Source: a virus (lineage: Duplodnaviria; Caudoviricetes). From it: 39,843 bases of DNA. Position 1 is the stretch's first letter. Each line of letters begins with the position of its first letter. Below, in pieces: positions 23,041 through 32,676 of this stretch. Location of the stretch: positions 1 to 39,843 of IMG/VR virus record IMGVR_UViG_3300036786_000016; one strand, 5' to 3'. Both the position numbers and the translations under genes were made by a program. Under the pieces are notes generated by a model. That model made no database searches. It was not told where the DNA came from and saw only the letters and a program-made list of their open reading frames with translations.

Positions 23041-23987
23041 GCTTTTTTAAACCTCGGGTAAAAGGTCATGTTGACCCTGGTGCCCGCGCCGGAGCCGGTG
23101 GCCGCAAACCGGATGCCGGTCGTCCCGCGAGGAATGCCAAACAGCGACGAACCTGGCAGCACGAGCTCGCCCAGCTTCGATGCGCCGGCCGCATCCGTCA
23201 CGGATGTGATGCCCGGCGTCGTGTCGACGATGCGCACGTCACTCGATGACAGCGACGACGCGGGATTGATGGTGAACAGCGTCGTTGAGTCGGTGCCGTC
23301 AGCGTTGAGCAGAATGGCGGAAAACTGGTCAAACGGCCCGTTGATCGTCCATAGTGGCCATGCCACCACCTGTCCTCGATTGGTGACGGTGGTGGCGCCG
23401 ATGATGCGCGACGATGCCACCGACCGGTACGGCCCGTAATACGGCGACGCCGAGCCGGATGCCGTCGAGCGCTCGAACGTTGTCGGCGTCGGGTCGGAGA
23501 AGTAGCCGTCAGGGCACCACAGCTGCAGCGGGACAACGTTATAGATCCAGTCGTCGCCACCACCTGAGTCAAATCCTGCCTGGTAGTAGCACATGATGCG
23601 GCGCTCGGTTCCGTCGGCGCGCACGAATCGCATCATGCCCGGGCCAAGCTCCTCGGTCCGGGTGATCGCATCCTCTAGCTGATCTTCCGTGGCCTGAAAC
23701 TGTGCCGGCGTATTGCCTGTGATGGCGGTGGGCAGCGTCATGATGCGCGCCTCAGGCCGCCACGAACGCTGCCGGGAGCCACCAGCAGGCATGAGATCAG
23801 TGGCCATGGTGATCGGCACTGACCCGAGCCCGGCGACACCCTGAGCGAGGAACCAACCGAGCTCCGGCTTCGTCATCGGGTACGCCACGAAATCCGGCGT
23901 CACCCACTCAACGTACGTGTAGTCGTACGCGCGCGTCGGCGACGGCTCGAATGGGATCGGCAATTCAGTGCCGATACTGAGAGGCAT
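23037..23987 (-). CDS. Distal tail (Dit-like) minor tail protein
   Basis: First gene after TMP; LWCPDGYF, VTNRGQVVAWPLWTINGP. Confidence 0.8.
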   Translation of the reverse strand: MPLSIGTELPIPFEPSPTRAYDYTYVEWVTPDFVAYPMTKPELGWFLAQGVAGLGSVPITMATDLMPAGGSRQRSWRPEARIMTLPTAITGNTPAQFQATEDQLEDAITRTEELGPGMMRFVRADGTERRIMCYYQAGFDSGGGDDWIYNVVPLQLWCPDGYFSDPTPTTFERSTASGSASPYYGPYRSVASSRIIGATTVTNRGQVVAWPLWTINGPFDQFSAILLNADGTDSTTLFTINPASSLSSSDVRIVDTTPGITSVTDAAGASKLGELVLPGSSLFGIPRGTTGIRFAATGSGAGTRVNMTFYPRFKKA

Positions 23988-26923
23988 TAGCGCGGTCCCC
24001 CGTTCCGTGCGAGCGCGTCACGCCGCGCGTCGAGTGCCTCAAGGTCGGTGATCGATAGCTCAGCACGCTGCGGGTAGATGTTCGTAGTATGCCCGCCCGT
24101 CGTGGTGACCACAGGCACCGTAGCGGAGCTCGCGCTATTCAGACTAGCGACGGCCGCGGCCGGAGGCGCCAGCGCAGCCACAACAGCGGCGGTGGCCATG
24201 TGCGCCGAATCCTTGACCCCCTGTGCGTATCCCTGCATGGTGAACTTGCCGACCTGCGCGAATTCAGTCGACGGCGAGTGAATTCCGAGCGCCGACTTGG
24301 CGCCGCTGAGAACTTTGCCCATCGCATGCTTGACGACGTCGATGGCGTGCCCGATGTCGCTCTCGATGCCCTTTATCATGCCCTCGACCAGGGATCTACC
24401 GATTCCTTCCATGGCCGAGATGGCGCCGGATGCGGCGCCTTTCAGCTTGCTCCCCAGCGACGACAGTGCGTCGCCGGCCTGCCCGGGCAGCTTCTTGACC
24501 TCGGCGATGGTGTTGGACACGCCAGACTTGAACCGAGCGACCAGCGACGACCAGGCGGACGAGACGATGGAGCCGACGCGTGAGCCGAGCGACTCGATCG
24601 CAGCGACAGCGCGACCGGGCAATTCCTTGGCGGTGGCGATGGCGAGGTTGACGCCAACGACAAACCGCGTGTGAACCGTCGTCCACATTGATTCGATCTT
24701 GGCGATGAGATCTGTACGAAGCTTCTCGGCAAACGCCACGATCTTGCCCGGCCACGTCGTCACCGCGGTGACGACGGCATCGATTCCGGCATGGAACAGA
24801 GCGACCGCCGTCGACCATAGATCCTTGATGACCTGCCAGATCTTGCCCGGCAGCGTGAGCGTCAGCTTGATGATGGTGCCGATGGCGAAACCGAGTGCGA
24901 ACAGCATGGCGTCGCCGGCGTCAACGATGATCTTCGCCAGCAAGCCGGGCAACGCCTTGAGCCCAGCCAGCATCTTGCCGGGCAGCGAGGTGAAGAACGA
25001 GATAACGGCGTTGAATGCCGCGGCCACGCCGGACGCGACGTTCTTGCCCAGCGACGCGAAAAATCCGCCGATGGATGATCCGATCGAGGTGAAGAACCCA
25101 CCGACGGCCGAGAGCGCGTCGCCGAGCCCGTGCAGAATCGACTCGCCGATCTTGGCAAAATTCAAGCCGGTGAGCAGCGTCGAGAACGACGTCAGCGGCC
25201 CGGTCAGCTTATTGAGCGGCGAGAGCAGCTCGAACAGCCCTTTGGCGATGAGCGAGATGAGTGGCGCGATCGCCTTCGAGGCCAGCAGCCCAACCAGCAC
25301 GGCCGCGAGTTTGATGATCGGCGCGGCGATGTCGACAGCGATGGTGAGCAACTGCGCCAGCAAGGTGATGAGCGGCGTGAGCGCGACCACGATCTGTACG
25401 ACCGGTGGCAGGATCGAGATCAGCGCCGGGATGATCGGCATCAGCGCGTTGAGCAGCGTGACCACCAGCGGCGCGATAGCGGCGAGGATCGGCCCGAGCG
25501 CGGAAGCGAGAGCCGACACAACAGCACCGATGACCGGCGCCAGCGCCTGAATGATCGTGGTGACGACGCTGAGGATCGGCGCGAGCACCTGCCCGAGCAC
25601 CGTTCCAATCTGCACGATGACCGGCGCCAACGCCTTGAAAACCGGTGCGAGGGTCGAGGCCAGCACGTTTCCGAGCGTGACCACAACGGGCAGCAGCGGC
25701 TTGAGCGCGGCCGACAATCCCGTGACGATGGCGGAGATGATCGGCGCGAACGCGGACACGATCGGCGCGAGCCCGCTGACCAGCGCCGATATCAACTTGG
25801 CCGCGAGCGGCAGAATGGGCGCAATGGCGGCCGCAATTTTGCCCAGCGCCGCGCCCGCGGGAAGTAACGCCGGGCCGAGGGTGCCGAGTCCAGTGGACAG
25901 CGCGGTGACCAGCGGCGTGAGAATCGGCGTGATCGCTGAGATGAGATTCGCCAGCACCGGCAGAATCGACGAGACCAGCCCACCGATGGCGGGCGCGAGC
26001 ACGTCGAGCGCCTTGCCGACAATCGGCGTGATCTGCGCGAGGCTGTTTTTGATGGCAGGGATCGCCGGCGAGAACGCGTTACTCAGCGCGATCGAGACTG
26101 TGTCTTTAAAGGTCGAGAACACGCCGAGCAGGGTCTGCGCTTGCTTGTCCATCGCTCCGGCTGCGCCGGGGAATTGTTTCATTCCCTGCAGCAGCTCTTG
26201 CACGCCGTCAGCGCCGGAGATGCTGCCCGCGCTGATCTCTTTCATGACCTGCGCGGTGGTCTGACCGCGCGCTGATGCGATGGCTGCGACGCCGGAGAAT
26301 CCGGGCAGCGCCTCGGAAATCTGGTCGAGGTTGTCGAGCGTCAGCTTGCCGGCCGAGCCAATCTGACCCATGGCGAGCGAGACGGAGTTCAGCCCTTGCG
26401 CGCCTGCGCCGGTGACTGAGGCCACGTTGCCGACGGTGGTCAGAAACGGGATTAGCTGATCTTGCGAGAGTCCGACGGACTTGCTGAACGCATCGAAGCG
26501 CCCGGCCGTCGCTGTCAGGTCAGTGAACTGAAACGGCGTCGCGGCAGCGAATTTCTGCAGCTGAGTGAATTGGGCGTTGCCTGCCTTGACGGAGCCCGTC
26601 AAGCTGTCGAAACTGATCTTGGTCTGTTCGAGCGTAGCCGCGGATTTGAGGCCGAACGCTGCGATACCGGCGACGATGGCGCCGCCACCGATCGCAGCCA
26701 CCTTGAGCCCGGTCGCGACCACCGACGCAACGTTGCTGAGGCCCTTCTTTGTCGCGTCGCCGAACTTCGACGAAAACGACTTGCCTGCCTGGTCGCCCGA
26801 TTCCTCAACCGCCGGGCCAACCGACGCCTTGAGCTCGGCCGCGAGCTCACTCTGCAGCTTGCCGGCGAACCCCTTGGCGCTCGGAATAATGGTGACGTAC
26901 GCGGTACCAACTTCGATCGCCAC
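23987..26923 (-). CDS. Tape measure protein
   Basis: 978 aa; EVGTAYVTIIPS start; FAAATPFQF tape-measure domain; long amphipathic Pro-periodic repeats. Confidence 0.95.
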   Translation of the reverse strand: MAIEVGTAYVTIIPSAKGFAGKLQSELAAELKASVGPAVEESGDQAGKSFSSKFGDATKKGLSNVASVVATGLKVAAIGGGAIVAGIAAFGLKSAATLEQTKISFDSLTGSVKAGNAQFTQLQKFAAATPFQFTDLTATAGRFDAFSKSVGLSQDQLIPFLTTVGNVASVTGAGAQGLNSVSLAMGQIGSAGKLTLDNLDQISEALPGFSGVAAIASARGQTTAQVMKEISAGSISGADGVQELLQGMKQFPGAAGAMDKQAQTLLGVFSTFKDTVSIALSNAFSPAIPAIKNSLAQITPIVGKALDVLAPAIGGLVSSILPVLANLISAITPILTPLVTALSTGLGTLGPALLPAGAALGKIAAAIAPILPLAAKLISALVSGLAPIVSAFAPIISAIVTGLSAALKPLLPVVVTLGNVLASTLAPVFKALAPVIVQIGTVLGQVLAPILSVVTTIIQALAPVIGAVVSALASALGPILAAIAPLVVTLLNALMPIIPALISILPPVVQIVVALTPLITLLAQLLTIAVDIAAPIIKLAAVLVGLLASKAIAPLISLIAKGLFELLSPLNKLTGPLTSFSTLLTGLNFAKIGESILHGLGDALSAVGGFFTSIGSSIGGFFASLGKNVASGVAAAFNAVISFFTSLPGKMLAGLKALPGLLAKIIVDAGDAMLFALGFAIGTIIKLTLTLPGKIWQVIKDLWSTAVALFHAGIDAVVTAVTTWPGKIVAFAEKLRTDLIAKIESMWTTVHTRFVVGVNLAIATAKELPGRAVAAIESLGSRVGSIVSSAWSSLVARFKSGVSNTIAEVKKLPGQAGDALSSLGSKLKGAASGAISAMEGIGRSLVEGMIKGIESDIGHAIDVVKHAMGKVLSGAKSALGIHSPSTEFAQVGKFTMQGYAQGVKDSAHMATAAVVAALAPPAAAVASLNSASSATVPVVTTTGGHTTNIYPQRAELSITDLEALDARRDALARNGGPR

Positions 26924-26939
26924 GCGTACGCCACCTCCC

Positions 26940-27350
26940 CTATGTCGGCTCGGCCGTCTGACCCATCGGCGCGCGGCCAGCCATCCGAGCGAGCTCCGCT
27001 TTCATTTCCTCAGCCGTGTGACCGGCCGCATCACCAAACTGTCGCTCAGACTTGCCGTCGACCCCCGGCCGCGGGATCGGCCGAGGTCGCTTGCCCTTGC
27101 CCCCGCCGCGCTGCCAGTTCGCCTCAGCGAGCCGGTCATGCACACCCGCGACCAGTTGGGCCAACAGCGCCCATTCATTATCCTGCCCGAGCGCGACCCG
27201 GACATATGCCGAGTCGCGAGCCGGATTCCGTATGAAATTGTGCAGCTCTTGCCAGCTCACGTCCGTCAGGTGCCAGCCGGCTCGGAGTAGATCCGCCTGT
27301 ATGGCGTCGCCGTGCTCACGCAGGATGGCGACGACGCCGGCTATTCCCCC
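26940..27350 (-). CDS. Tail assembly chaperone, frameshifted C-terminal part (GT-like)
   Basis: -1 frame entered at GGGGGAA; AIQADLLRAG...ANWQRGGGKGKRPRPIPRPG. Confidence 0.8.
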   Translation of the reverse strand, partial: GGIAGVVAILREHGDAIQADLLRAGWHLTDVSWQELHNFIRNPARDSAYVRVALGQDNEWALLAQLVAGVHDRLAEANWQRGGGKGKRPRPIPRPGVDGKSERQFGDAAGHTAEEMKAELARMAGRAPMGQTAEPT

Positions 27351-27730
27351 GGATTCATGCCCGAGTGCCCGAGCCAGCCGACGAACAGCGCTTCGGCCTG
27401 CCGGATGGTGAATCGGTTGGCCGAGAACGACAGCCAAATGTCGGCGCCTTCCGAGTCCGGCGAGCCGTCGTCGCCGAGTCCGAGCCGGATGGCGTTCTTG
27501 ATGGCCTGGACGTTGCCGGTATCCGCCAACTCAACGATCTCGATCGGCAAATCGTTGAGGTCGCAGAGCTCGTACCGTGTCCCGCCGAGCACGACCGGGT
27601 ACGGCGTGCCGACGTTGCTGATCGCGTCGAGGTCGAGCGCATCGGCGTTGAGGTCCGGGATCGCAGCGAGCGTACGTGCGGCCGACTTGGCCGTTTTCCG
27701 TGCGCTCGCCGGTCGGGTTGATCCTGGCAT
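27341..27730 (-). CDS. Tail assembly chaperone (G-like)
   Basis: Between major tail and TMP; AAAGGA RBS; ends HSGMNPGE* on the slippery sequence. Confidence 0.85.
   Translation of the reverse strand: MPGSTRPASARKTAKSAARTLAAIPDLNADALDLDAISNVGTPYPVVLGGTRYELCDLNDLPIEIVELADTGNVQAIKNAIRLGLGDDGSPDSEGADIWLSFSANRFTIRQAEALFVGWLGHSGMNPGE
27344..27350 (-). other. Programmed -1 ribosomal frameshift site
   Basis: CCG GGG GAA TAG; heptamer G GGG GAA; -1 frame reads GGG GGA ATA GCC and stays open to 26940. Confidence 0.85.
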
Positions 27731-27762
27731 TTCATGATCCTTTCGGGTGATGTTTCGACTGT

Positions 27763-27828
27763 GGATAGTCCAATGTGGTCTATCCGGAAGTTCGCTAGCT
27801 GGCCTTATGCGGCAGGCGCCCAGCTAGC
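27763..27828 (-). terminator. Two stem-loops after the major tail gene
   Basis: GCTAGCTGG/CCAGCTAGC (27794-27828) and GGATAG..CCA/TGG..CTATCC (27763-27785). Confidence 0.45.
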
Positions 27829-28368
27829 CTTATCGCTGAACTTGGTGCAGACAACACCGTTGTTCGGGTACATGGTCACGGTGACCTCGTACCCGATCTC
27901 AGTGTCGGACTTGTAGACGAGATCCGACCGGGCGGAAACCTCACCGTTGCTGATGTAGATCCGCTCGTGATCGTTGCCGTCGATGATGTCGAGCACGAAC
28001 GCGCGCGGGTCCGGCGTCGGCACCATGATGTCGATCTTGTAGCCGGTCGAACCGTCCGAGACCATGACCGAGCCCTTGTGATACAGCTCGACAGCCTCGC
28101 GCTTGTTCTCGATCATCATGAACTTGATCGTGGCCGTAGAGCCACTGATGATCGTCCGGACGGTTACCCCGCCCTGCCATGCCTTGATCTCCGTCGTGTC
28201 GTCGGAGTACGACTCGGTGATGCCGTCGTCCGATATGTACCCGAGATCCGCGAACAGCACATCCAACACTGCGATGGCGGTAGCGGGTGCGTCGGGTGCG
28301 TCGCCGGCCGCGCACGCGTAAACGGCGCCCGTGACGGCGACATTAACGTTTGACGAGCTAGTAGCCAC
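27805..28368 (-). CDS. Major tail protein
   Basis: DLGYISDDGITE...IKAWQGG...VRT motif of actinophage tail tube proteins; GAGAGGGG RBS. Confidence 0.9.
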   Translation of the reverse strand: MATSSSNVNVAVTGAVYACAAGDAPDAPATAIAVLDVLFADLGYISDDGITESYSDDTTEIKAWQGGVTVRTIISGSTATIKFMMIENKREAVELYHKGSVMVSDGSTGYKIDIMVPTPDPRAFVLDIIDGNDHERIYISNGEVSARSDLVYKSDTEIGYEVTVTMYPNNGVVCTKFSDKASWAPAA

Positions 28369-28388
28369 GGTGATGCCCCTCTCTCTTG

Positions 28389-28835
28389 CTAGGCGCCGAC
28401 GGCGCGTAGGCGAATCTCAGTCGTGAACAGTACGATCTCACGTGCCGAGTCAATAGGATCATCGAACCTCCCCGGGCCGACGAATTCAGCCGCCTGGCCG
28501 AACCGCGCGCCCCCGTAGATCGCATTGAGCGACCCGCCGATGAGCCCCCGCGCAAGCTGCGCGAGTTTCATTTGATCTTCCCCGTCCGATGTCGCGTCCG
28601 TGAAATACCAAACCTGAAAATCCAGCCGCGCCGCATCTTCGACCAGGTTCGTAATCACGCCGCCGGAGCGCCGCACCCGGATGTGCCGGACTGGCGTCGC
28701 ACCCGGCGGATACTGCGTCGACACCCTCACGCCGGCAACGAACGGGTACGCGGCCTGGTCGACTCCGGCGAGCAGGGAACGGAGCGCCAGCGTCACCGCG
28801 CGCTCAGCGTCCGGATACAGGATCACCTCACCCAT
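28389..28835 (-). CDS. Tail terminator
   Basis: YPDAE...IRVRRSGG...ARLDFQVW; directly before the major tail gene; start trimmed to ATG 28835. Confidence 0.75.
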   Translation of the reverse strand: MGEVILYPDAERAVTLALRSLLAGVDQAAYPFVAGVRVSTQYPPGATPVRHIRVRRSGGVITNLVEDAARLDFQVWYFTDATSDGEDQMKLAQLARGLIGGSLNAIYGGARFGQAAEFVGPGRFDDPIDSAREIVLFTTEIRLRAVGA

Positions 28836-29160
28836 TGGCCGCGTCCATTGCCTGACCAAGCACCCGGTCGCGTGCCTCGACCGCCCGGGCCGCTGGGTGC
28901 TCAGCCACCACGCGGATACGCGCCCGGCGCTCACCCCTGCCGACAATGACCTTGGTGGTGATGTGCCCGGGCACGCCGGCGACGTCACGGGCGCCGACCT
29001 CGATAGCGGCGTAACGCGCGTCGGCCGCGGCCGACACCCGGTTGCCCATAACCTCTAATTCTTCGCTGACACGCTCGCTCAGCAGCAGCTCACGGATGCC
29101 CTCCGTGTTCAGCTCGATCCGAACTTTTCCCGTCTGCCACCCGGCCGTATCGCCTGCCAT
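28828..29160 (-). CDS. Neck/tail completion protein (HK97 gp10-like)
   Basis: RIELNTEGIRELLLSERV...RARIRV...AVEARDRVL; position in the head-tail block. Confidence 0.7.
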   Translation of the reverse strand: MAGDTAGWQTGKVRIELNTEGIRELLLSERVSEELEVMGNRVSAAADARYAAIEVGARDVAGVPGHITTKVIVGRGERRARIRVVAEHPAARAVEARDRVLGQAMDAANG

Positions 29161-29161
29161 G

Positions 29162-29512
29162 TCAACCCCTCACGTCGACAAGGAACAGCTCGACATGATC
29201 GAGCACACCGGTGGCATAGATAAGCGGCTCGCCGTCGACGTCGTACGTCGAGCCGGCGTACGTGGCGCGATCCGTCGCAATGATGTCGACACCCGGCGGC
29301 GCAATGACCAGCCACCGGCGCTGTACGGTGTCGCGCGCCTGCCCGTCGTGCACCTCGGCGAGCGCGAGCGGCTGCACGCTGCAACCGTCGAGGTCGAGCG
29401 CATCCGCACTTGCCCAGTCGAACACATCGTTTCCGTACGCGTCGGCGTTCTCGACCAGCGGCGCACGCAGCCGGGTAATTGTCTGCGTGGCGAACGAGAT
29501 AGGCAGCGTCAT
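29162..29512 (-). CDS. Head-to-tail stopper
   Basis: DAYGNDVFDW...GCSVQP...PPGVDIIATDR...YDVDGEP. Confidence 0.8.
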   Translation of the reverse strand: MTLPISFATQTITRLRAPLVENADAYGNDVFDWASADALDLDGCSVQPLALAEVHDGQARDTVQRRWLVIAPPGVDIIATDRATYAGSTYDVDGEPLIYATGVLDHVELFLVDVRG

Positions 29513-30090
29513 CGGTAACCACCTCGGAACGGGACAAGTCGTTGCTGGTCATTCGCGGTGATCTCGATATTGGGCATCGTGCCATCCGAGCGCGCCGCGA
29601 GCCGCACGGAAACAGCACCCGCCTGCTGCTGCGCCACCGGCAGTGCGCCGACGAACACCCTGCCGACCAGCTGACACGAGAGCAGGCTGAGATCGGCCGG
29701 CGACGTGACATATCCGTGCGTCACCACGGCATTGATGCCGCGGCGCCGCCGGGTCCACCAGCGGCCGTATGTTTTCTCGATGACACCATTGCGCGACCAT
29801 TCGTAATCAGTGTCGACCAGCGCAGTGCCGTTCTCCGTGATCGAGGTGACGCCGGCGAGCAGGCGCACGGGGAGCACCAGCAGCGGGCCGCCCTTGCCGT
29901 CGATCTCCAGCTCATCATCGACCAGCTGAGGCCAGATCTGCCACTCGCAGTAGCGCCGGATTTCAGCGCTGGCCGCGGCGAGAAACATTTCCACGCTGGC
30001 CGTGTCCGCGCCGGAGAGGTCGCGCCGGGCGTAGGTGGCGAAATCCTCGGCGGTTGCGAACGCATCATAGTTACCAAGATCGTCCATCAC
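29509..30090 (-). CDS. Head-to-tail adaptor
   Basis: FATAEDF...LAAASAEIRRYCEWQI...VTHGY. Confidence 0.8.
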   Translation of the reverse strand: MMDDLGNYDAFATAEDFATYARRDLSGADTASVEMFLAAASAEIRRYCEWQIWPQLVDDELEIDGKGGPLLVLPVRLLAGVTSITENGTALVDTDYEWSRNGVIEKTYGRWWTRRRRGINAVVTHGYVTSPADLSLLSCQLVGRVFVGALPVAQQQAGAVSVRLAARSDGTMPNIEITANDQQRLVPFRGGYR

Positions 30091-31340
30091 TCACCTCGCC
30101 TCGACGTCGCGGAAGCCGTGCGCCGCGAGGTGCCCGCACCGACCAAACGATCAGCAGGATCACCTGTGCGACGTCGCGCCCGATGAATGATTACGGCGCT
30201 CAGCGTACCCGTTACCGTCGCCGAGCCAATCACCTCGCCGGACACTGACGGTTCGAATGGGTCGCCGTTGACGGCGCCCGTGACATCAGCGGTTCCCGCG
30301 GCCGATCCGACCACCTGAACAACGCCGGCCGCCGAGCCGGTCACGGTGGCCGAGCCGACCACTGCACCGACGGCGACGCCGGTGGCCGAGATCGAGCCCG
30401 TGACGTCGACAGCGCCCGCGGATGTTCCGTGCACAACAACGCGACCACTGACGGCGCCCGCCACCGCGGCTGATCCGGAGACCGTGCCGTGTACGGCGAT
30501 ACGCGAGGAAACAGCACCGGCCACCACAGCCGAGCCGGCAGCCGAGCCGTGCACGACAGCGCGACCCGGCGCCACACCCGTGACGGTGGCGGCGCCGACG
30601 ACGGCGCCGTGCACGATCGGATGCCCGGCGATGGCGCCGGTGACCGTACCGGCGCCCACCGCAATACCGCTGACAGTGTCGGGCCCGAGCGCAGCCGCAT
30701 CCGACCAGCCGATGCCCTCGAGCTTGCCGCTCGCGTTCGCGGCGGCCGTGGCCTGCCCCCACACGATCCGCTGAATCGTGCCGGCGAAATTGTCCGTCAG
30801 CGCGCCGGAATCCTGTGCCGCGGTCAGCGAGTCGCCGACGAAGATCTGCAGCCGATAAGCGCCGGTTGTCGTGCCGACAACCGACCACTCGACCCGGTAC
30901 CGCACGCCGGCCGTAAGCGCGCTCGACGTGAAAATCGCCGTGCCGTCACCACGCTGAAACACCAGCGTATGCGTGGTGGTGTGATGCCAGCGCCAGCGTT
31001 GATTCGTGTTCCCGGTATCCATGCCGCGGGCCATGATCGTGTTGCCTGCGGTACCGAAATCCGCCGGGTCGAGGTACATCCGCATAAACTGCACGGCCGT
31101 CGTGTTCGACGGATTGACACCGGACGTCGTACCCCATGATCCGAGGCACGCCGCGCTCGCCACGGTCGCGTACGCCAAGCAGTTTCCGCCCGACGGTCGC
31201 CGGCAACCGCCCGAGCTGGAGTATGTCAGCGACGCGCCCGAGCCGATCGTTACGGCAGAAAACGCCGTGCCGACACCCGAATCGGAAATGGTCGGCGTGG
31301 CACCGGCAGTGCCCTTCGGCCAGAGTGTCAGCGTCGTCAC
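30087..31340 (-). CDS. Putative neck/head fibre scaffold: lectin-like N-domain plus 20-aa repeats
   Basis: Beta-rich N-domain (YRVEW...LQIFVGDS), then about 7-8 repeats of VHGxxxGxAxVxGxxxxxxx. Confidence 0.65.
   Translation of the reverse strand: MTTLTLWPKGTAGATPTISDSGVGTAFSAVTIGSGASLTYSSSGGCRRPSGGNCLAYATVASAACLGSWGTTSGVNPSNTTAVQFMRMYLDPADFGTAGNTIMARGMDTGNTNQRWRWHHTTTHTLVFQRGDGTAIFTSSALTAGVRYRVEWSVVGTTTGAYRLQIFVGDSLTAAQDSGALTDNFAGTIQRIVWGQATAAANASGKLEGIGWSDAAALGPDTVSGIAVGAGTVTGAIAGHPIVHGAVVGAATVTGVAPGRAVVHGSAAGSAVVAGAVSSRIAVHGTVSGSAAVAGAVSGRVVVHGTSAGAVDVTGSISATGVAVGAVVGSATVTGSAAGVVQVVGSAAGTADVTGAVNGDPFEPSVSGEVIGSATVTGTLSAVIIHRARRRTGDPADRLVGAGTSRRTASATSRRGE
30186..30675 (-). repeat. 20-aa (60-bp) tandem coding repeat
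   Basis: VHGAVVGAATVTGVAPGRAV / VHGSAAGSAVVAGAVSSRIA / VHGTVSGSAAVAGAVSGRVV / VHGTSAGAVDVTGSISATGV / AVGAVVGSATVTGSAAGVVQ / VVGSAAGTADVTGAVNG. Confidence 0.85.
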
Positions 31341-31350
31341 GGCGCCGCCG

Positions 31351-31734
31351 TTAGTCCGCGGTCAAGCTCAGCGAGCCGGCAGGAATCTTGAAATCGTCGC
31401 CAGAGTTGACCGTCTTGCTGGTCATGGTGTCGTGCATCCACCGGAACGGCGTGCCGGCCGAGTCCCAGATCTCCCAACCGACAACCGTGCACGCGGGCAT
31501 GCCCGTGATAACGATGTCGCTGCCATTCGTGCTGGCGCCCCCGGCGCTCGACGCGCTCGGCGTGATGCTCGGCCCCGAATACGACCCGCCTGCGACCTCT
31601 GTGCCGGCCGACGAATCGTCCCCGTTGGCTGTCATGAGCTTGAGCTTGAGCGGTGTCGTCGGCGCGGTCGCGCCCGAGTTTCCGGTGATGAAGTTCAGGA
31701 CGCGCGACTCAGCCGCATCGGTCAGGCTGGCCAT
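31351..31734 (-). CDS. Small fibre subunit (gp80-like 'bead' protein)
   Basis: LKLMTANGDD...TEVAGGSY...IWDSAG...KTVNSGDDFKIPAGSL, a widespread virion beta-sandwich family. Confidence 0.7.
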   Translation of the reverse strand: MASLTDAAESRVLNFITGNSGATAPTTPLKLKLMTANGDDSSAGTEVAGGSYSGPSITPSASSAGGASTNGSDIVITGMPACTVVGWEIWDSAGTPFRWMHDTMTSKTVNSGDDFKIPAGSLSLTAD

Positions 31735-32093
31735 TACTCGGCCGCCGTCGTCTTACGCGGCCGGCCTGGACCACGCTTCGGCGCCGTCACGGGCGCGAGC
31801 GCCTTATTGGCAACGTCGGCGGCCGGCGTGTCGATCTCGGCCGCCTGAGTCGTGCCGGGCTTGGCGGGCGGTACGCCATTGTTGTACGGCGCGGAATCGG
31901 CGTACGCCGGGTGCGATGGGCTGATCTTGTGCAGCGCCCACATTTCGCCGCGGCGGCCGACTCGCAGCCACCGGGTTTCACGCTCTCCAGCCATGCCCGC
32001 CACCTCTCGTAGAGCGTCTATCGGTTGACTCGTGCTCGCCGCGCCGCATCCGCATCCGGCGGCGCCGCACAGCGAGCACGAGTCGCCGTTCAT
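31734..32093 (-). CDS. Hypothetical head-region protein with Cys cluster and AT-hook
   Basis: CSLCGAAGCGCG N-terminus; KRGPGRPRK C-terminus; TAATG coupling. Confidence 0.6.
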   Translation of the reverse strand: MNGDSCSLCGAAGCGCGAASTSQPIDALREVAGMAGERETRWLRVGRRGEMWALHKISPSHPAYADSAPYNNGVPPAKPGTTQAAEIDTPAADVANKALAPVTAPKRGPGRPRKTTAAE

Positions 32094-32383
32094 TACGCGA
32101 TCACGCCGCCGTTGTGCAGCGACGCCTTAACGGCCGCCTCGTACGTGCGGCTATTCGCCATGTCCGTCACCAGTGCGTTGACCTGCGTGCGAATTGCAGC
32201 GAGATCAACCTTGATCGCGGCGAGCAGCGCTTGCTCATTGCTGCTGTACGTGCCTGCCGGCGTCTGCGTCGCGGTGAGCGCCGCCACGGCAACGCCCGTC
32301 TTGGCGACTACATCCGCGACAGCGACGCCCTTGCCGGTGGCACCGGTGCCGATGTTGTAGCTAGTTCCGTCAGTAAGCGCCAT
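32093..32383 (-). CDS. Head fibre/decoration-like protein
   Basis: Short coiled coil (DLAAIRTQVNALV...ASLHNGGVIA) after the capsid genes. Confidence 0.55.
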   Translation of the reverse strand: MALTDGTSYNIGTGATGKGVAVADVVAKTGVAVAALTATQTPAGTYSSNEQALLAAIKVDLAAIRTQVNALVTDMANSRTYEAAVKASLHNGGVIA

Positions 32384-32397
32384 TGTGGCACTTCCCC

Positions 32398-32676
32398 TTA
32401 CTGCTCAATGAGCATGTAGGACAGCGTATGAGCCGTGGCGTCCGTATTCTTGATCCACACGTCCTCATCGCGAACGCGAATCGGCACGAGTGGTAACGCA
32501 GCCGAGCTCGCAATCGCGAAAACGGCAACCGTTCCAGCGGAGTCGCTGGCAACCTTTACAGCGCCAGAGCCACCAGCCGAAACGTAGACATCCCAGGATC
32601 CTTGCGGCGAGGCTCCCGCGAACGCAAACGCGCCCACGGTTGCACCCACCGCAATGGATACGGTCCCGGTTATCAT
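32398..32676 (-). CDS. Small beta-rich virion protein (capsid decoration candidate)
   Basis: ATGA-coupled to the MCP stop; beta-strand-rich. Confidence 0.55.
   Translation of the reverse strand: MITGTVSIAVGATVGAFAFAGASPQGSWDVYVSAGGSGAVKVASDSAGTVAVFAIASSAALPLVPIRVRDEDVWIKNTDATAHTLSYMLIEQ

Noticed and set aside
24400-26100. Strong periodic repeats in the tape measure gene
   Set aside because: Ordinary amphipathic TMP repeats.
6717-27768. Single-mismatch DnaA-like boxes near 6717 and 27760
   Set aside because: Isolated and imperfect; one is inside a CDS and the other in a hairpin stem.
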